Source of the DNA: Bacillota bacterium
Lineage (GTDB): Bacteria > Bacillota > Sulfobacillia > JAMCWA01
Direction of reading: 5' to 3'
NCBI GenBank assembly: GCA_023475165.1
Contig: JAMCWA010000070.1
Coordinates: forward strand, 31,672-95,671
DNA length: 64,000 nucleotides
The translations under genes were made by a program, and so were the position numbers. Under the pieces are notes generated by a model. That model was not told where the DNA came from and made no database searches. It worked only from the letters and a program-made list of their open reading frames with translations. Position 1 is the stretch's first letter. Every line of letters begins with the position of its first letter. Below are positions 46,796 through 55,725 of the stretch, one piece after another.

Positions 46796-47012
46796 CTTAC
46801 TACCCCCTGTCGGTAGTCGATTTCCGAATCAAGTGTCTTGCTCACGCCAAACGAGACTTTCCACAAGCAGTCAGTGGTTTTCCGTACGGCTCTTTGCGTA
46901 ATTGGGCCTGCCAACAGGCAATGGCTCGGCCGTGTTCTTAGGAACAATGAGCTATATAACGACTACATTACTACAGGTTCGGTAGATTATTGAGACGATA
47001 ATCCAGGCAGAA

Positions 47013-47183
47013 CTAACCTTCCTTCCGAACGCCCTTGAAAGGCCGGGAATCAGAAGTCTTTTGGTCCATGAATCGACCGGTACCGGTATCACGCTTGACC
47101 CAAGAATGGGTCCGGGGATTAAAAGTCTGCGACCGCTGGGTTACGGCTCCCCTTCGATAACCATTACCAGAGTTCTTGGCCAT
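47013..47183 (-). CDS. 56-aa basic small protein
   Basis: MAKNSGNGYRRGAVTQRSQTFNPRTHSWVKRDTGTGRFMDQKTSDSRPFKGVRKEG behind a G-rich RBS; resembles a small hypothetical protein family that I recall. Confidence 0.75.
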   Translation of the reverse strand: MAKNSGNGYRRGAVTQRSQTFNPRTHSWVKRDTGTGRFMDQKTSDSRPFKGVRKEG

Positions 47184-47426
47184 TTTCTCACCCCCCTTGA
47201 TAAACCAGACTTCAGGTCTCGTTATCATCAATATCTGGCACCTAGCTAGAGCATACCATACAATATCTGTATGGTCCAAGCCGCTTTTCGAGATTCTTTC
47301 CTGAATAGCTCGTCTATTTTCCATTTTCCGCCTCTAATGGTCCAATATTGCGGGTTTTGACACCAGAGAATATCCCGGACTAGAGATTTACTTTTGCCAT
47401 TCAGGACAGCTCCTTTCTATAAGCAA

Positions 47427-47456
47427 ACGCGGCTCCGGGGTTAGCCGGGGCCGCGT
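47427..47456 (-). terminator. GC hairpin downstream of the amino acid ABC operon
   Basis: acgcggctccgg-ggttag-ccggggccgcgt. Confidence 0.55.
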
Positions 47457-47706
47457 GGGCAGCCATTTCGTCTGTACCAAGGACGTCTCCGTTTACATCT
47501 TGTTACATCTTGCGAGTGCGAGAACCGGGGTGAGAGGGCCGGCCAAAGAGACTGAATCATTCCCGCAAGAGAACTTCGTGCGGGTCGGGCCGCGCAGGGA
47601 GACAAATCTAGCCGAGAAATTTCGCCTCAGTTTGAAGCCTCAGTTTGAGGCCGGCCGAGGTTGAGACCAGAGACCGGATCATTCCCACTCCATCATTCCT
47701 ACTCGC

Positions 47707-48468
47707 TCATTCCCGCAACAGAACCTGCCGCAGAAACGTCCTTGTCCTCTCTTTGACCGGATTGGTGAAGATGGTGTCGGGGGTCCCGTGTTCGATGATC
47801 TCCCCTTCATCCATCACGTAAACCGTGTCGGCTACGTCTTTGGCGAAGTTCATCTCGTGGGTTACCACAATCATGGTCATCCCCTCATTGGCCAGCCGCT
47901 TCATCACCGTCAGGACCTCGCCGACCAGTTCCGGATCGAGGGCCGACGTCGGCTCATCAAAGAGCATGGCCTTTGGCTCCATGGCCAGGGCCCGGGCGAT
48001 GGCTACCCGTTGTTTTTGCCCGCCGGAAAGCTGATGCGGGTAAGCGTCGGCTTTGTCGGCCAGACCCACCTTGGCCAGGAGAACCTTGGCCACCGCCACG
48101 GCTTCCGCTCGCGGCTTTTTCAATACGTGGATCGGCGCCATGATGATGTTCTCCAGAACCGTCCAGTGGCCGAAGAGGTTGAAATTCTGAAAGACCATGC
48201 CGACCTGCGACCGGTAGAGATCAATGGCCCGTTCCGGAGGGCGCGTCCATTGGCCATTCACCCATCGCCGGTCCACCCTCTCTCCTTCGAAATAGATGGC
48301 TCCAGCATCAGCTTCTTCCAGGAGATTGATGCACCGGAGGAGGGTGCTTTTGCCAGAGCCACTTGGTCCAATGATCGTGGCCACCTCGCCGGGTTCCACC
48401 TCCAGGGTAACACCCTTGAGAACCTTCAAGCGCCCGAAACTCTTTTCGAGGCCCTCGACTCGAATCAT
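47707..48468 (-). CDS. Polar amino acid ABC ATP-binding protein (GlnQ family)
   Basis: [53 protein letters not shown]. Confidence 0.95.
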   Translation of the reverse strand: MIRVEGLEKSFGRLKVLKGVTLEVEPGEVATIIGPSGSGKSTLLRCINLLEEADAGAIYFEGERVDRRWVNGQWTRPPERAIDLYRSQVGMVFQNFNLFGHWTVLENIIMAPIHVLKKPRAEAVAVAKVLLAKVGLADKADAYPHQLSGGQKQRVAIARALAMEPKAMLFDEPTSALDPELVGEVLTVMKRLANEGMTMIVVTHEMNFAKDVADTVYVMDEGEIIEHGTPDTIFTNPVKERTRTFLRQVLLRE

Positions 48469-48860
48469 GACGCCATCCTCCCGAAAATCGCGCTGGTCTA
48501 AACATTTCCGCGGCCATCCGTACTACCGATTTTCTGACCATCTATTGGCCGAAGAGCGCTAAGTTTTGCGATGACCAATGTACCATCCTCGGCTAGGAAT
48601 TTACGGACCAACGAACCCAGCTAACGGAACACGAACGCTAGATCAACAGCCTACTTCACCCCCGTCTGTTGGCAATGGGGGCAATTCACGCTAACTAGTA
48701 AATCGTAGTTCCCGTAGACAACGGACCAGGCTTTGCTTCGGCCAGGATATCGAGGCGCTCGTCCTCGGACAAGGCCTTTTCCACCCCACGGACCCACCCT
48801 ACCAGGACCTTCACCGAATGGGCAATCGACACGCCGGATCGGCTGTGCGTGGCCGACCTG

Positions 48861-49046
48861 GCCGCTACCCTACTGAATCCGCAAGGTCGTTCCATCGCCG
48901 AGCTCCCAAGCAGACTTGGAACTACGGTAAGGCCGCCGCTACCTCACTGAATCCGCAGGGCCTATTCCATCGCCGAGCTCCCAAGCAGACTTGGAATTAC
49001 GGTAAGGCCGCCGCTACCCTATTGAATCCGCAGCGCCTGTTCCATC
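48861..49046. repeat. About 2.5x 74-75-bp tandem repeat spanning the permease stop codon
   Basis: Units start at 48861, 48935 and 49010 (gccgctacc..tgaatccgca...ttccatcgccgagctcccaagcagacttggaa.tacggtaaggcc). Confidence 0.92.
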
Positions 49047-49678
49047 CGCCGCGTGATCACGGACATGGTGTAAGTCAAGAGGAAGTAGAGTACGGCGACG
49101 GCGATATAGACCTCAAAGGACCGGAAGGTAATACTGATGATGCGCTGTCCGGCCCGCATCAGGTCCTGGATGGTGAGGAGGGAAACCAAGGACGAGTTTT
49201 TGATCAAGGCGATGAACTCGTTGCCCAGGGGCGGGAGCATCCGCAGAAAGGCCTGCGGCAGGACGACTAACCGCATGGTCTGGGCCGGGGAAAACCCCAG
49301 AGAGCGAGCGGCTTCGGTTTGCCCCCGGTCGATGGATTGGATGGCTCCCCTGACTATTTCAGAGATATAGGAACCGCTGTAAATAGACAGGCCGATCACG
49401 CCGCAAAGAAAGGCGGGCAGCTTCACCCCCATCTGCGGCAGCCCAAAATAGAGGATAAAAAGCTGTACCAGAAGGGGAGTCCCGCGGACGAAGGCCACAT
49501 AGATAGCGGCCAATCCGGCCAAGTACCGGTTTTTGGAAAGCCTGGCCAAGCCGGCCAAAAGCCCAATGATCGAGCCCAGCACCAGGGCGATCACGGTCAC
49601 CTCTATGGTCACCAGTGCTCCCAGCAAAAGATAGGGTAATCCTTCCCAGACCACAGTGAAGTCAAGTCCCATGGACAT
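49019..49678 (-). CDS. Polar amino acid ABC permease (HisM/GlnP family)
   Basis: RGTPLLVQL, SEIVRGAI, GQTEAARSLG, LPQA, LIKNSSL. Confidence 0.94.
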   Translation of the reverse strand: MSMGLDFTVVWEGLPYLLLGALVTIEVTVIALVLGSIIGLLAGLARLSKNRYLAGLAAIYVAFVRGTPLLVQLFILYFGLPQMGVKLPAFLCGVIGLSIYSGSYISEIVRGAIQSIDRGQTEAARSLGFSPAQTMRLVVLPQAFLRMLPPLGNEFIALIKNSSLVSLLTIQDLMRAGQRIISITFRSFEVYIAVAVLYFLLTYTMSVITRRMEQALRIQ

Positions 49679-49697
49679 ACTCCCACCGCCCTGCTCT

Positions 49698-49970
49698 CGT
49701 ACAATATTAGCCAGACCCAGCCCCGCGTACAGTGACGAGGGTTGCGGAGGCTCCGAATGCGCTTGGTTCAAGCACACATACCAGCCCTAGCACCGCATAC
49801 GGTGATGGGGGTTGCGGAGTCCATGCTCCCAATACCCTTAGTTCGGGCGTACAATGTTAGCCACCCCAGCCCCGCGTGCAGTGACGAGGGTTGTGGAGTC
49901 CATGCTCCCGATACCCTTGGTTCGGACGTACAATATTAGCCACCCTGGCACCGCGAACGATGATGAGGGG
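49698..49970. repeat. About 3.5x 75-79-bp degenerate tandem repeat between the binding protein and permease genes
   Basis: cgtacaatRttagcca at 49698, 49848 and 49927; gggttgYggagtccatgctcccRataccctt repeated. Confidence 0.9.
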
Positions 49971-49976
49971 GGAACC

Positions 49977-50789
49977 TTACTTCCCCTCAAACCACTTGTC
50001 AACCAGCTTCTGATAGGTTCCATTCTCTTTCAGCGTTTTCAAGGCGCTATTGACGGCCTTCAGGAATTCGGTGTCTTCCTTGCGAATGCCAAAACCGTAT
50101 TCCTCGACGGTGAGCTGTTTGTCCAGAACTTTAAGGATGGGGCGTTTTTGCACGTAAAGCTTAGCTGCCGGCTTTCCGGTGACCACAGCATCAACCCGGC
50201 CGTTTTCTAATTCCAGGAACATCTCCGCGTTCTTCTCCACTTCTACCAGCTTCGCTTCCGGGTAATTCTGCTGCAGGTAAGTGACTGATTTCGTGCCGAT
50301 CTGGACCGCAATCTTCTTACCCTTAAGGTCTTCTGGCCCTTTAATGGTGTTGTTATCCTTTTGCACCATGATGACCAAGCCACCTGGGTAATAGGGGTCG
50401 GAGAAGTTGATTACCTTCTTCCGCTCGTCCGTTATATACATGGCCGAGGCGATCATGTCAAATTGCTTCGCCTGAAGCCCGGGGATTAAACCCTTAAAAT
50501 CGATATCGACGAACTTGACGTCCTTTGCCCCGATGAGTTTGGCGATTTCTCGCACCAGGTCAATGTCAAAACCGACCATCTGGTTGTTCTCGGTGTACTC
50601 AAAAGGAGCGAAAGTGGCATCCGTCCCCACGGTGAGTACGCCGGTCTTCTTTATGGCATCAAGGACCGCGTCCGTAGCTGCCGGTTCGCTTGTTTTACTA
50701 CTGTTGCTACCGGCGGTGCTCCCGCCGCAACCGGCAATGACGATTGCCAATAGAACCAGGAGCAGAAGAATTGAGAAACCCCTCTTCAT
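49977..50789 (-). CDS. Polar amino acid ABC substrate-binding lipoprotein (SBP family 3)
   Basis: Lipobox IAGC, VGTDATFAPFE, GFDIDL, ITDERKKVINFSDPYY, ENGTYQKLVDKWF. Confidence 0.94.
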   Translation of the reverse strand: MKRGFSILLLLVLLAIVIAGCGGSTAGSNSSKTSEPAATDAVLDAIKKTGVLTVGTDATFAPFEYTENNQMVGFDIDLVREIAKLIGAKDVKFVDIDFKGLIPGLQAKQFDMIASAMYITDERKKVINFSDPYYPGGLVIMVQKDNNTIKGPEDLKGKKIAVQIGTKSVTYLQQNYPEAKLVEVEKNAEMFLELENGRVDAVVTGKPAAKLYVQKRPILKVLDKQLTVEEYGFGIRKEDTEFLKAVNSALKTLKENGTYQKLVDKWFEGK

Positions 50790-50861
50790 ATAAGCCACCC
50801 CTTTCGAAAAATTGGCTAAGGATTGGCCCAACCCCAGGCCCCTTACCGGCTTCTTTATTGA

Positions 50862-50876
50862 GCAAAATCCGTGCCA
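50862..50876 (-). promoter_or_regulatory. sigma54 promoter of the amino acid ABC operon
   Basis: Minus strand TGGCAC-GGATT-TTGC, an exact consensus. Confidence 0.88.
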
Positions 50877-51054
50877 CAAGAGAGAGCCGTTAAGCGTAAC
50901 CATAAAATAGCCCCCACCTTGCAAACAGATGGGGGCGACCCACCGTCCGCGACAAGATTGGCTACCCACATCCTTCACCCCTGCAGCAGAGAAAATTACA
51001 CCTGTGCCTCTGGAAGCACACAACCCTTACCGACATAAAACGGCATAAAAGATA

Positions 51055-51088
51055 GCGGCAAAAACTGCCGCCCAGGCAATTTCTGCCG
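51055..51088. promoter_or_regulatory. Paired palindromic enhancer sites (GGCA-N5-TGCC)
   Basis: gcGGCAaaaacTGCCgc and GGCAatttcTGCCg, about 180-210 bp upstream of the sigma54 promoter. Confidence 0.65.
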
Positions 51089-51124
51089 CCAGGGATTTAC
51101 CCCAACATCTTTCTTCATTTTCCC

Positions 51125-51280
51125 GTAAGCGTCAAACTGTCCCCACCTGGCTTAGTTTTCCGATTTCTAGGATAATCCCCCTAAAGGACGAAGCAGGGGG
51201 GGGTTTCTTTATGACCAAAGCTGAACGACAAAAGGAATGAGAGGCCAGGATTGCCGAATATCGATCCAACGGCTAAGCAT
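51125..51280 (+). mobile_element. IS66-family left end with degraded tnpA start
   Basis: GTAAGCG terminus, then MTKAERQKE*EARIAEYRSNG*, matching the IS66 TnpA N-terminus with two stops. Confidence 0.78.
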
Positions 51281-51327
51281 AGCCTTTGTTACTCGCAAAA
51301 ACCCCCTTTAAAGCCTACGTTTAAGGG

Positions 51328-51470
51328 TTATTTCTCATCCAGGTCCGAATGACAGAAAGTACTTCTTTTAAATCAGTCTCAGACGAGGCCAGTACGTTTC
51401 TCTCGATATTAACATGCTTGTGATGTGGGTAGGTTTCTATCTCCGGCCAATGCGGTGCATTGTCCCATCG
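51328..51470 (-). pseudogene. C-terminal fragment of a DUF6516/TumE-like toxin
   Basis: Minus strand RWDNAPHWPEIETYPHHKH motif; the N-terminal part is missing. Confidence 0.75.
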
Positions 51471-51769
51471 AGAACCTCTAATCGCTTCTGCCACAAAGCG
51501 AGGGCATTTTCTGCAAACTCCCAGTCCATCAAGTCGTTTTCTTCTTCAAAGATTTCCGCTCCAACATTACTATTCACCTTGCGTTGAAATTCCTCGAATG
51601 TCTGGTCATATTTCTTCCTGAATTTTGCACATTCGCGTTCATATCTACTAATCTTTGCAAGGGCGACCATTAAAGAAATCTCGCGAGTAGCCTCCTTCTC
51701 AGAAGCAAAACCGCCTTCGGCCAGAGTGCGGGCAATCACCTGATTAAGCTCAAAATTAAAACTCTCCAT
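51437..51769 (-). CDS. TumA-like putative antitoxin, fused at its end to the toxin remnant
   Basis: FRKKYDQTFEEF...EEENDLMDWEF motif typical of DUF6516 partner genes. Confidence 0.68.
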   Translation of the reverse strand: MESFNFELNQVIARTLAEGGFASEKEATREISLMVALAKISRYERECAKFRKKYDQTFEEFQRKVNSNVGAEIFEEENDLMDWEFAENALALWQKRLEVLDGTMHRIGRR

Positions 51770-51868
51770 TTGGACTTCACCACCCTTTTAAGGCCAATTT
51801 AATATCCTTCCTGGTCAATACTTCCCTTTAAATTATATCATGTTTAATTTTGGGGCAATAACCGAATA

Positions 51869-53275
51869 TCACTTTTTCCCCCACCGTCTCAGCTTCTCGC
51901 GCAAACCGCGTTCGCTTATGCCCAGAACCCGGGCCGTCTCCCGTCGGTTGCCACCGTAGCTTTCCAGGGTGATCTCAATGGCGCGCCGCTCAAGTGTTTC
52001 GAGCGTTTCCCCGACGTAGCCGATTATTGGCCGGGAAGACGGAGACGCATTTGGGCCGTTCGGGAGACGCGATGCGCTCCGGGTTCGGGCGCCCTCTTCG
52101 GCTGGCCGGGCGCCAGACGGCAGTAAGGGGAAATCCTCCAGGCGCAGGCCTTGGCCCCGGGCGAGAGCCACGGCTCGTTCGATCATATTCTCCAGCTCGC
52201 GCACGTTTCCGGGGAAAACATACTCTTTCATGCGGAGCAAGACTTCCGGCGCCACGGAGTGGACATGCCGGCCAAAGGCCTGGGTATATTTCTCCAGGAA
52301 GAACTTGACCAGGAAGGATATTAAATTGGTCCGCTCCCGTAGAGGGGGCACGGCGATGCTGATGACGTTTAAACGATAGTAGAGGTCTTCGCGGAACTGG
52401 CCGGCCCGCACCGCCTCCGGAAGGTCGCGATTGGTGGCGGCGATGATACGGACATCGGCCCGATAGCGGTCATTGGAACCTAGCGGCACCACCTCTTTAT
52501 CCTGGATTAACCGAAGGATCTTGGCCTGCAGGGCCAGGTCCAATTCGGCGATTTCGTCCAGAAAGAGGGTTCCCTGGTTAGCCAGCAAAAAACGTCCTTT
52601 CCTCGAACGGAAAGCTCCAGAAAAGGCCCCCCGTTCATAGCCAAAGAGCTCCGCTTCCAGTAGTTCACGGGGGATGGCGGCACAATTAATGACCTCGAAA
52701 TTGTGTTCACGCCTGTTCCCAAGAAAATGAATGGCCCTGGCCACCAGCTCTTTACCCGTACCGCTCTCCCCAGTAATGAGGACATTGGAGTTTATGTCCT
52801 TCACCCGGTGGATCAAATCAAAAACCCTGGCCATGGCCGGCGAGCGGCCGACGATCCCGCCCACGTTGTAAGTCTTCAGGAGTTCTTCCCGCAAGCGGTC
52901 AACCCGTCCGTTGAGCTCAAGGAATTCGCGGGCGCGGGCCAGCAACAGGCGCAGCTCACCGAGCTCGATGGGCTTGGTAACGTAATAAAAGGCTCCGGCC
53001 CGCATGGCTTCCACCGAAGAGCGGATGGTCCCGTAAGCCGTCATGATGATCACCAGCGTCTCGGGCCATTTCTGCCGTATTTCCTGGAGCAAGTCCAGGC
53101 CGTCGGCATCACCCAGACGCAAATCCAAAAGGACGAGGCCGAACTCTTCCCCCTCCAAAAGTTGAAGCGCGGCCGCGGAGGACAGAGCCCAGCGCACGCG
53201 ATATTCATCTTCTAAAGCAAAGGCCAAAGAGGAACAAATCGCCTCTTCATCGTCGATAATGAGCAATTTCTCCAT
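51869..53275 (-). CDS. NtrC/AtoC-family sigma54 response regulator
   Basis: IIDDE, LLDLRL, GESGTGKE, GAFSGA, FPGNVREL, Fis HTH. Confidence 0.95.
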   Translation of the reverse strand: MEKLLIIDDEEAICSSLAFALEDEYRVRWALSSAAALQLLEGEEFGLVLLDLRLGDADGLDLLQEIRQKWPETLVIIMTAYGTIRSSVEAMRAGAFYYVTKPIELGELRLLLARAREFLELNGRVDRLREELLKTYNVGGIVGRSPAMARVFDLIHRVKDINSNVLITGESGTGKELVARAIHFLGNRREHNFEVINCAAIPRELLEAELFGYERGAFSGAFRSRKGRFLLANQGTLFLDEIAELDLALQAKILRLIQDKEVVPLGSNDRYRADVRIIAATNRDLPEAVRAGQFREDLYYRLNVISIAVPPLRERTNLISFLVKFFLEKYTQAFGRHVHSVAPEVLLRMKEYVFPGNVRELENMIERAVALARGQGLRLEDFPLLPSGARPAEEGARTRSASRLPNGPNASPSSRPIIGYVGETLETLERRAIEITLESYGGNRRETARVLGISERGLREKLRRWGKK

Positions 53276-53276
53276 C

Positions 53277-53308
53277 GGTCACACCTCAACCCCCGGTAAC
53301 TCCAGCGT
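53277..53308 (-). repeat. 32-bp duplicate of the kinase gene 3' end, carrying the regulator RBS
   Basis: 31/32 identical to 53348-53379. Confidence 0.92.
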
Positions 53309-53349
53309 GACGGTATAACCTAGCGCGACGTATTTGGCGGGCTGGTGGG

Positions 53350-55473
53350 TCACACCTCAGCCCCCGGTAACTCCAGCGTCACCCGGGTACCCTGTCCCGG
53401 CCAGCTGGCCAGAGTGATCTCGCCGCCGTTTTCCTTCACCAGCTGGTAACTGACATAAAGCCCCAGCCCGATCCCATCCCTTTTGGTGGTGAAAAACGGC
53501 TCAAAAGCACGCTCCTGCTCCTCCGCGGTCATTCCGCGACCGTCGTCCTCGACCGACAGGGCCACCTTTGGCCCGATCCTTTTTGCGGCAAACCGGAGGT
53601 GACCGCCGGGAGCGGTGGCCGCCAGACTGTTCAAGATCAGATTGATCAAAACCTGCCTGAGCTGGCTGTGGTCAGCCCGCACGCGAACATCGTCGCTAAT
53701 GCTCATTTCGACGGCGATGCCCTTTTGCCGGATTTCTTTGGTGAAGAGGGCAAGAGTGCTTTGGATAAGCTCAGTCACCCGGCACTCTTCGATCTGAGGG
53801 GGACGCGGCCGGGAATAATCCAAAAGATCGGAAATCAAAAGGTTCAGCCGGTCAATTTCCGCCGGAATGTGTCTTGACGCTTCCTCCCGGAAATGCGGTT
53901 TATCGAACTTGACCGGTAACAGTTCGGCAAATGTTTTCAAGGCGGTCAACGGGTTGCGAATTTCGTGGGCCAGGGCGGCCACCAGACGGCCGACGGTCTC
54001 CATCTTGTCTTCCTGGATCAAACGTTGGGCGATGAGCTTGTCGGCGGTGATGTCCCGGAGGATGACCACTGCTCCCAAGACCTGGCCAGCCTCATCGCGC
54101 AGGGGAGAAACGTTATAGCGGAAGATGCGCGGAGACGCAGCCAAGCCGGTCGGATTGGCCACCGCATCGCGACTTGAATCGTCACGAGGTTCAGGGGCAC
54201 CCGGCTCTCGGCCGTTACCAGCCTGATTTGACCTGTTCGCAGCACCGGATTCAGTCACCCGCCAATCCGCCTGGGCTAAAGCCACCTCTTTTTCGCGGCC
54301 AATGAACTCCTGACCACTTTGCAAGGTGGCCAGGAGGTCTTCCTCACCGAGGAAGGCCAATAAGGTGGTCGCGCGGTAATGCTGCCCAACCAGTTCCGAG
54401 CCCACCAATTGGCGGGCCCGGGCGTTGGCCGAGAGGATGACGCCATGGCGATCTAAGGTGACGATGCCAATGTAGACGCTGTTCAGGATTTGCTCCTTCA
54501 GACGGTTGCTCTCCTCTATTTCGCCTGCCTGTTCCCGCAGCCTCTGGTTCAAAAACTCCAGTTCACGCGTGCGCCGCTTCACCTCCTGGCGCAGGAGCTG
54601 ATTCCAGCGCCAGATGCCAAAGCTCACCACCAGGACGATGAGGGTGGCTAAGAGCACAAAATAAAGGATTTTGCGGAGACGATCCGCCTTGTCCTCGATG
54701 GTCTCCCCGAACCACTTGAAGTAGATTTTATCGTAAGTTCCATTCTCCTTTATCCTCCGTAAACCGGCGTTAAACACCTTCAGGATTTCCTGATCTCCCC
54801 GGCGGACGGCCAGACCATACGGGGTGGGGTTGATGGGCTCACCGACTATCTTCACCTGGCCGTAAGCCTGCTTTTTCCCCAAGAAGTACAAACCAGTCAA
54901 GCGGTTCCCCACAAAGGCATCCACCTTGCCGGCTAAAAGAAGATCAAGAGCCTCTTCCTGATTCTCGGTTACCGTGAGGCGAACCCTGGCCATGGGTTGC
55001 AAAAGGTCATAGGCGAAATCCCCCTTTTGTACGGCCACCTTGTTACCGCTTAGATCCTCCAGATCGATGATGAAATGGTTATCGACCCGCACAAAGATGG
55101 CCTGGGAACTGGTCAAGTAGGGATCGGAAAAATCGTAAACTTTTTGCCGGTCCGGGGTCAGCTTCATTCCCTGGATGGCATCGACCCGTCCCTCCTGCAA
55201 GGCCTTTTGCGCCTCGCTCCAGGGCATGGGCACCAATTCAATGTCCAGCCCCATCTCGATGGCCACGGCATGGAGGAGATCGACGTTGAATCCCTTGTAA
55301 GCACCGTTTTCGGCCAGGAATTCGTAAGGCGGGAAATTGTTGTCCCCAGCGATGCGCAGGGTGCGCAGGAAAACAGGCGGGCGCTCAGAGGTATGGGCAA
55401 CGCCCGACAAAAGAGGCAACGAAAAAGAAAAGAGAAGAGCTATCACCAAAAAACGAAAGTGGGATCTGGCCAT
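53350..55473 (-). CDS. Sensor histidine kinase with extracellular amino-acid-binding (SBP3) domain, PAS and HisKA/HATPase
   Basis: GDNNFPPYE, FSDPY, TM helix, AHEIRNPL, NLILNS, DDGRG, FFTTK, GIGLGL. Confidence 0.93.
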   Translation of the reverse strand: MARSHFRFLVIALLFSFSLPLLSGVAHTSERPPVFLRTLRIAGDNNFPPYEFLAENGAYKGFNVDLLHAVAIEMGLDIELVPMPWSEAQKALQEGRVDAIQGMKLTPDRQKVYDFSDPYLTSSQAIFVRVDNHFIIDLEDLSGNKVAVQKGDFAYDLLQPMARVRLTVTENQEEALDLLLAGKVDAFVGNRLTGLYFLGKKQAYGQVKIVGEPINPTPYGLAVRRGDQEILKVFNAGLRRIKENGTYDKIYFKWFGETIEDKADRLRKILYFVLLATLIVLVVSFGIWRWNQLLRQEVKRRTRELEFLNQRLREQAGEIEESNRLKEQILNSVYIGIVTLDRHGVILSANARARQLVGSELVGQHYRATTLLAFLGEEDLLATLQSGQEFIGREKEVALAQADWRVTESGAANRSNQAGNGREPGAPEPRDDSSRDAVANPTGLAASPRIFRYNVSPLRDEAGQVLGAVVILRDITADKLIAQRLIQEDKMETVGRLVAALAHEIRNPLTALKTFAELLPVKFDKPHFREEASRHIPAEIDRLNLLISDLLDYSRPRPPQIEECRVTELIQSTLALFTKEIRQKGIAVEMSISDDVRVRADHSQLRQVLINLILNSLAATAPGGHLRFAAKRIGPKVALSVEDDGRGMTAEEQERAFEPFFTTKRDGIGLGLYVSYQLVKENGGEITLASWPGQGTRVTLELPGAEV

Positions 55474-55725
55474 TGTCTTTCCCAATCCTCGTCCAGCGAG
55501 GACGTTCGCCAACCTTCCTGAATTCTTACATCGGGCCTAGCGGATCATTCCCGCCCGTGCTGGCGAGGGTGGCTGATCCACAAGGAAACCTCGTCCTGGG
55601 GAGAGTGGGCTGATCCAGAAGGGAAGCTCGTGCTGGGGGTAGCCCCACATGAAGTGGCAAACTTCTGCTGACGGAGTCACCTAACCCGGGTTCCAGTCCC
55701 GGGGCAGTGATAACCGCGGAGTTTC

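Noticed and set aside
39100-47400. Integron-like cassette array
   Set aside because: No integrase, no repeated attC-like hairpins between genes, and mixed gene orientations.
48470-48860. Possible ORF or ncRNA between the permease and ATPase genes
   Set aside because: No convincing start, family motif or stable structure recognised.
48861-49970. 75-79-bp periodic repeats as CRISPR arrays
   Set aside because: Whole units are repeated with no unique spacers, one set includes a gene end, and no cas genes are in the window.
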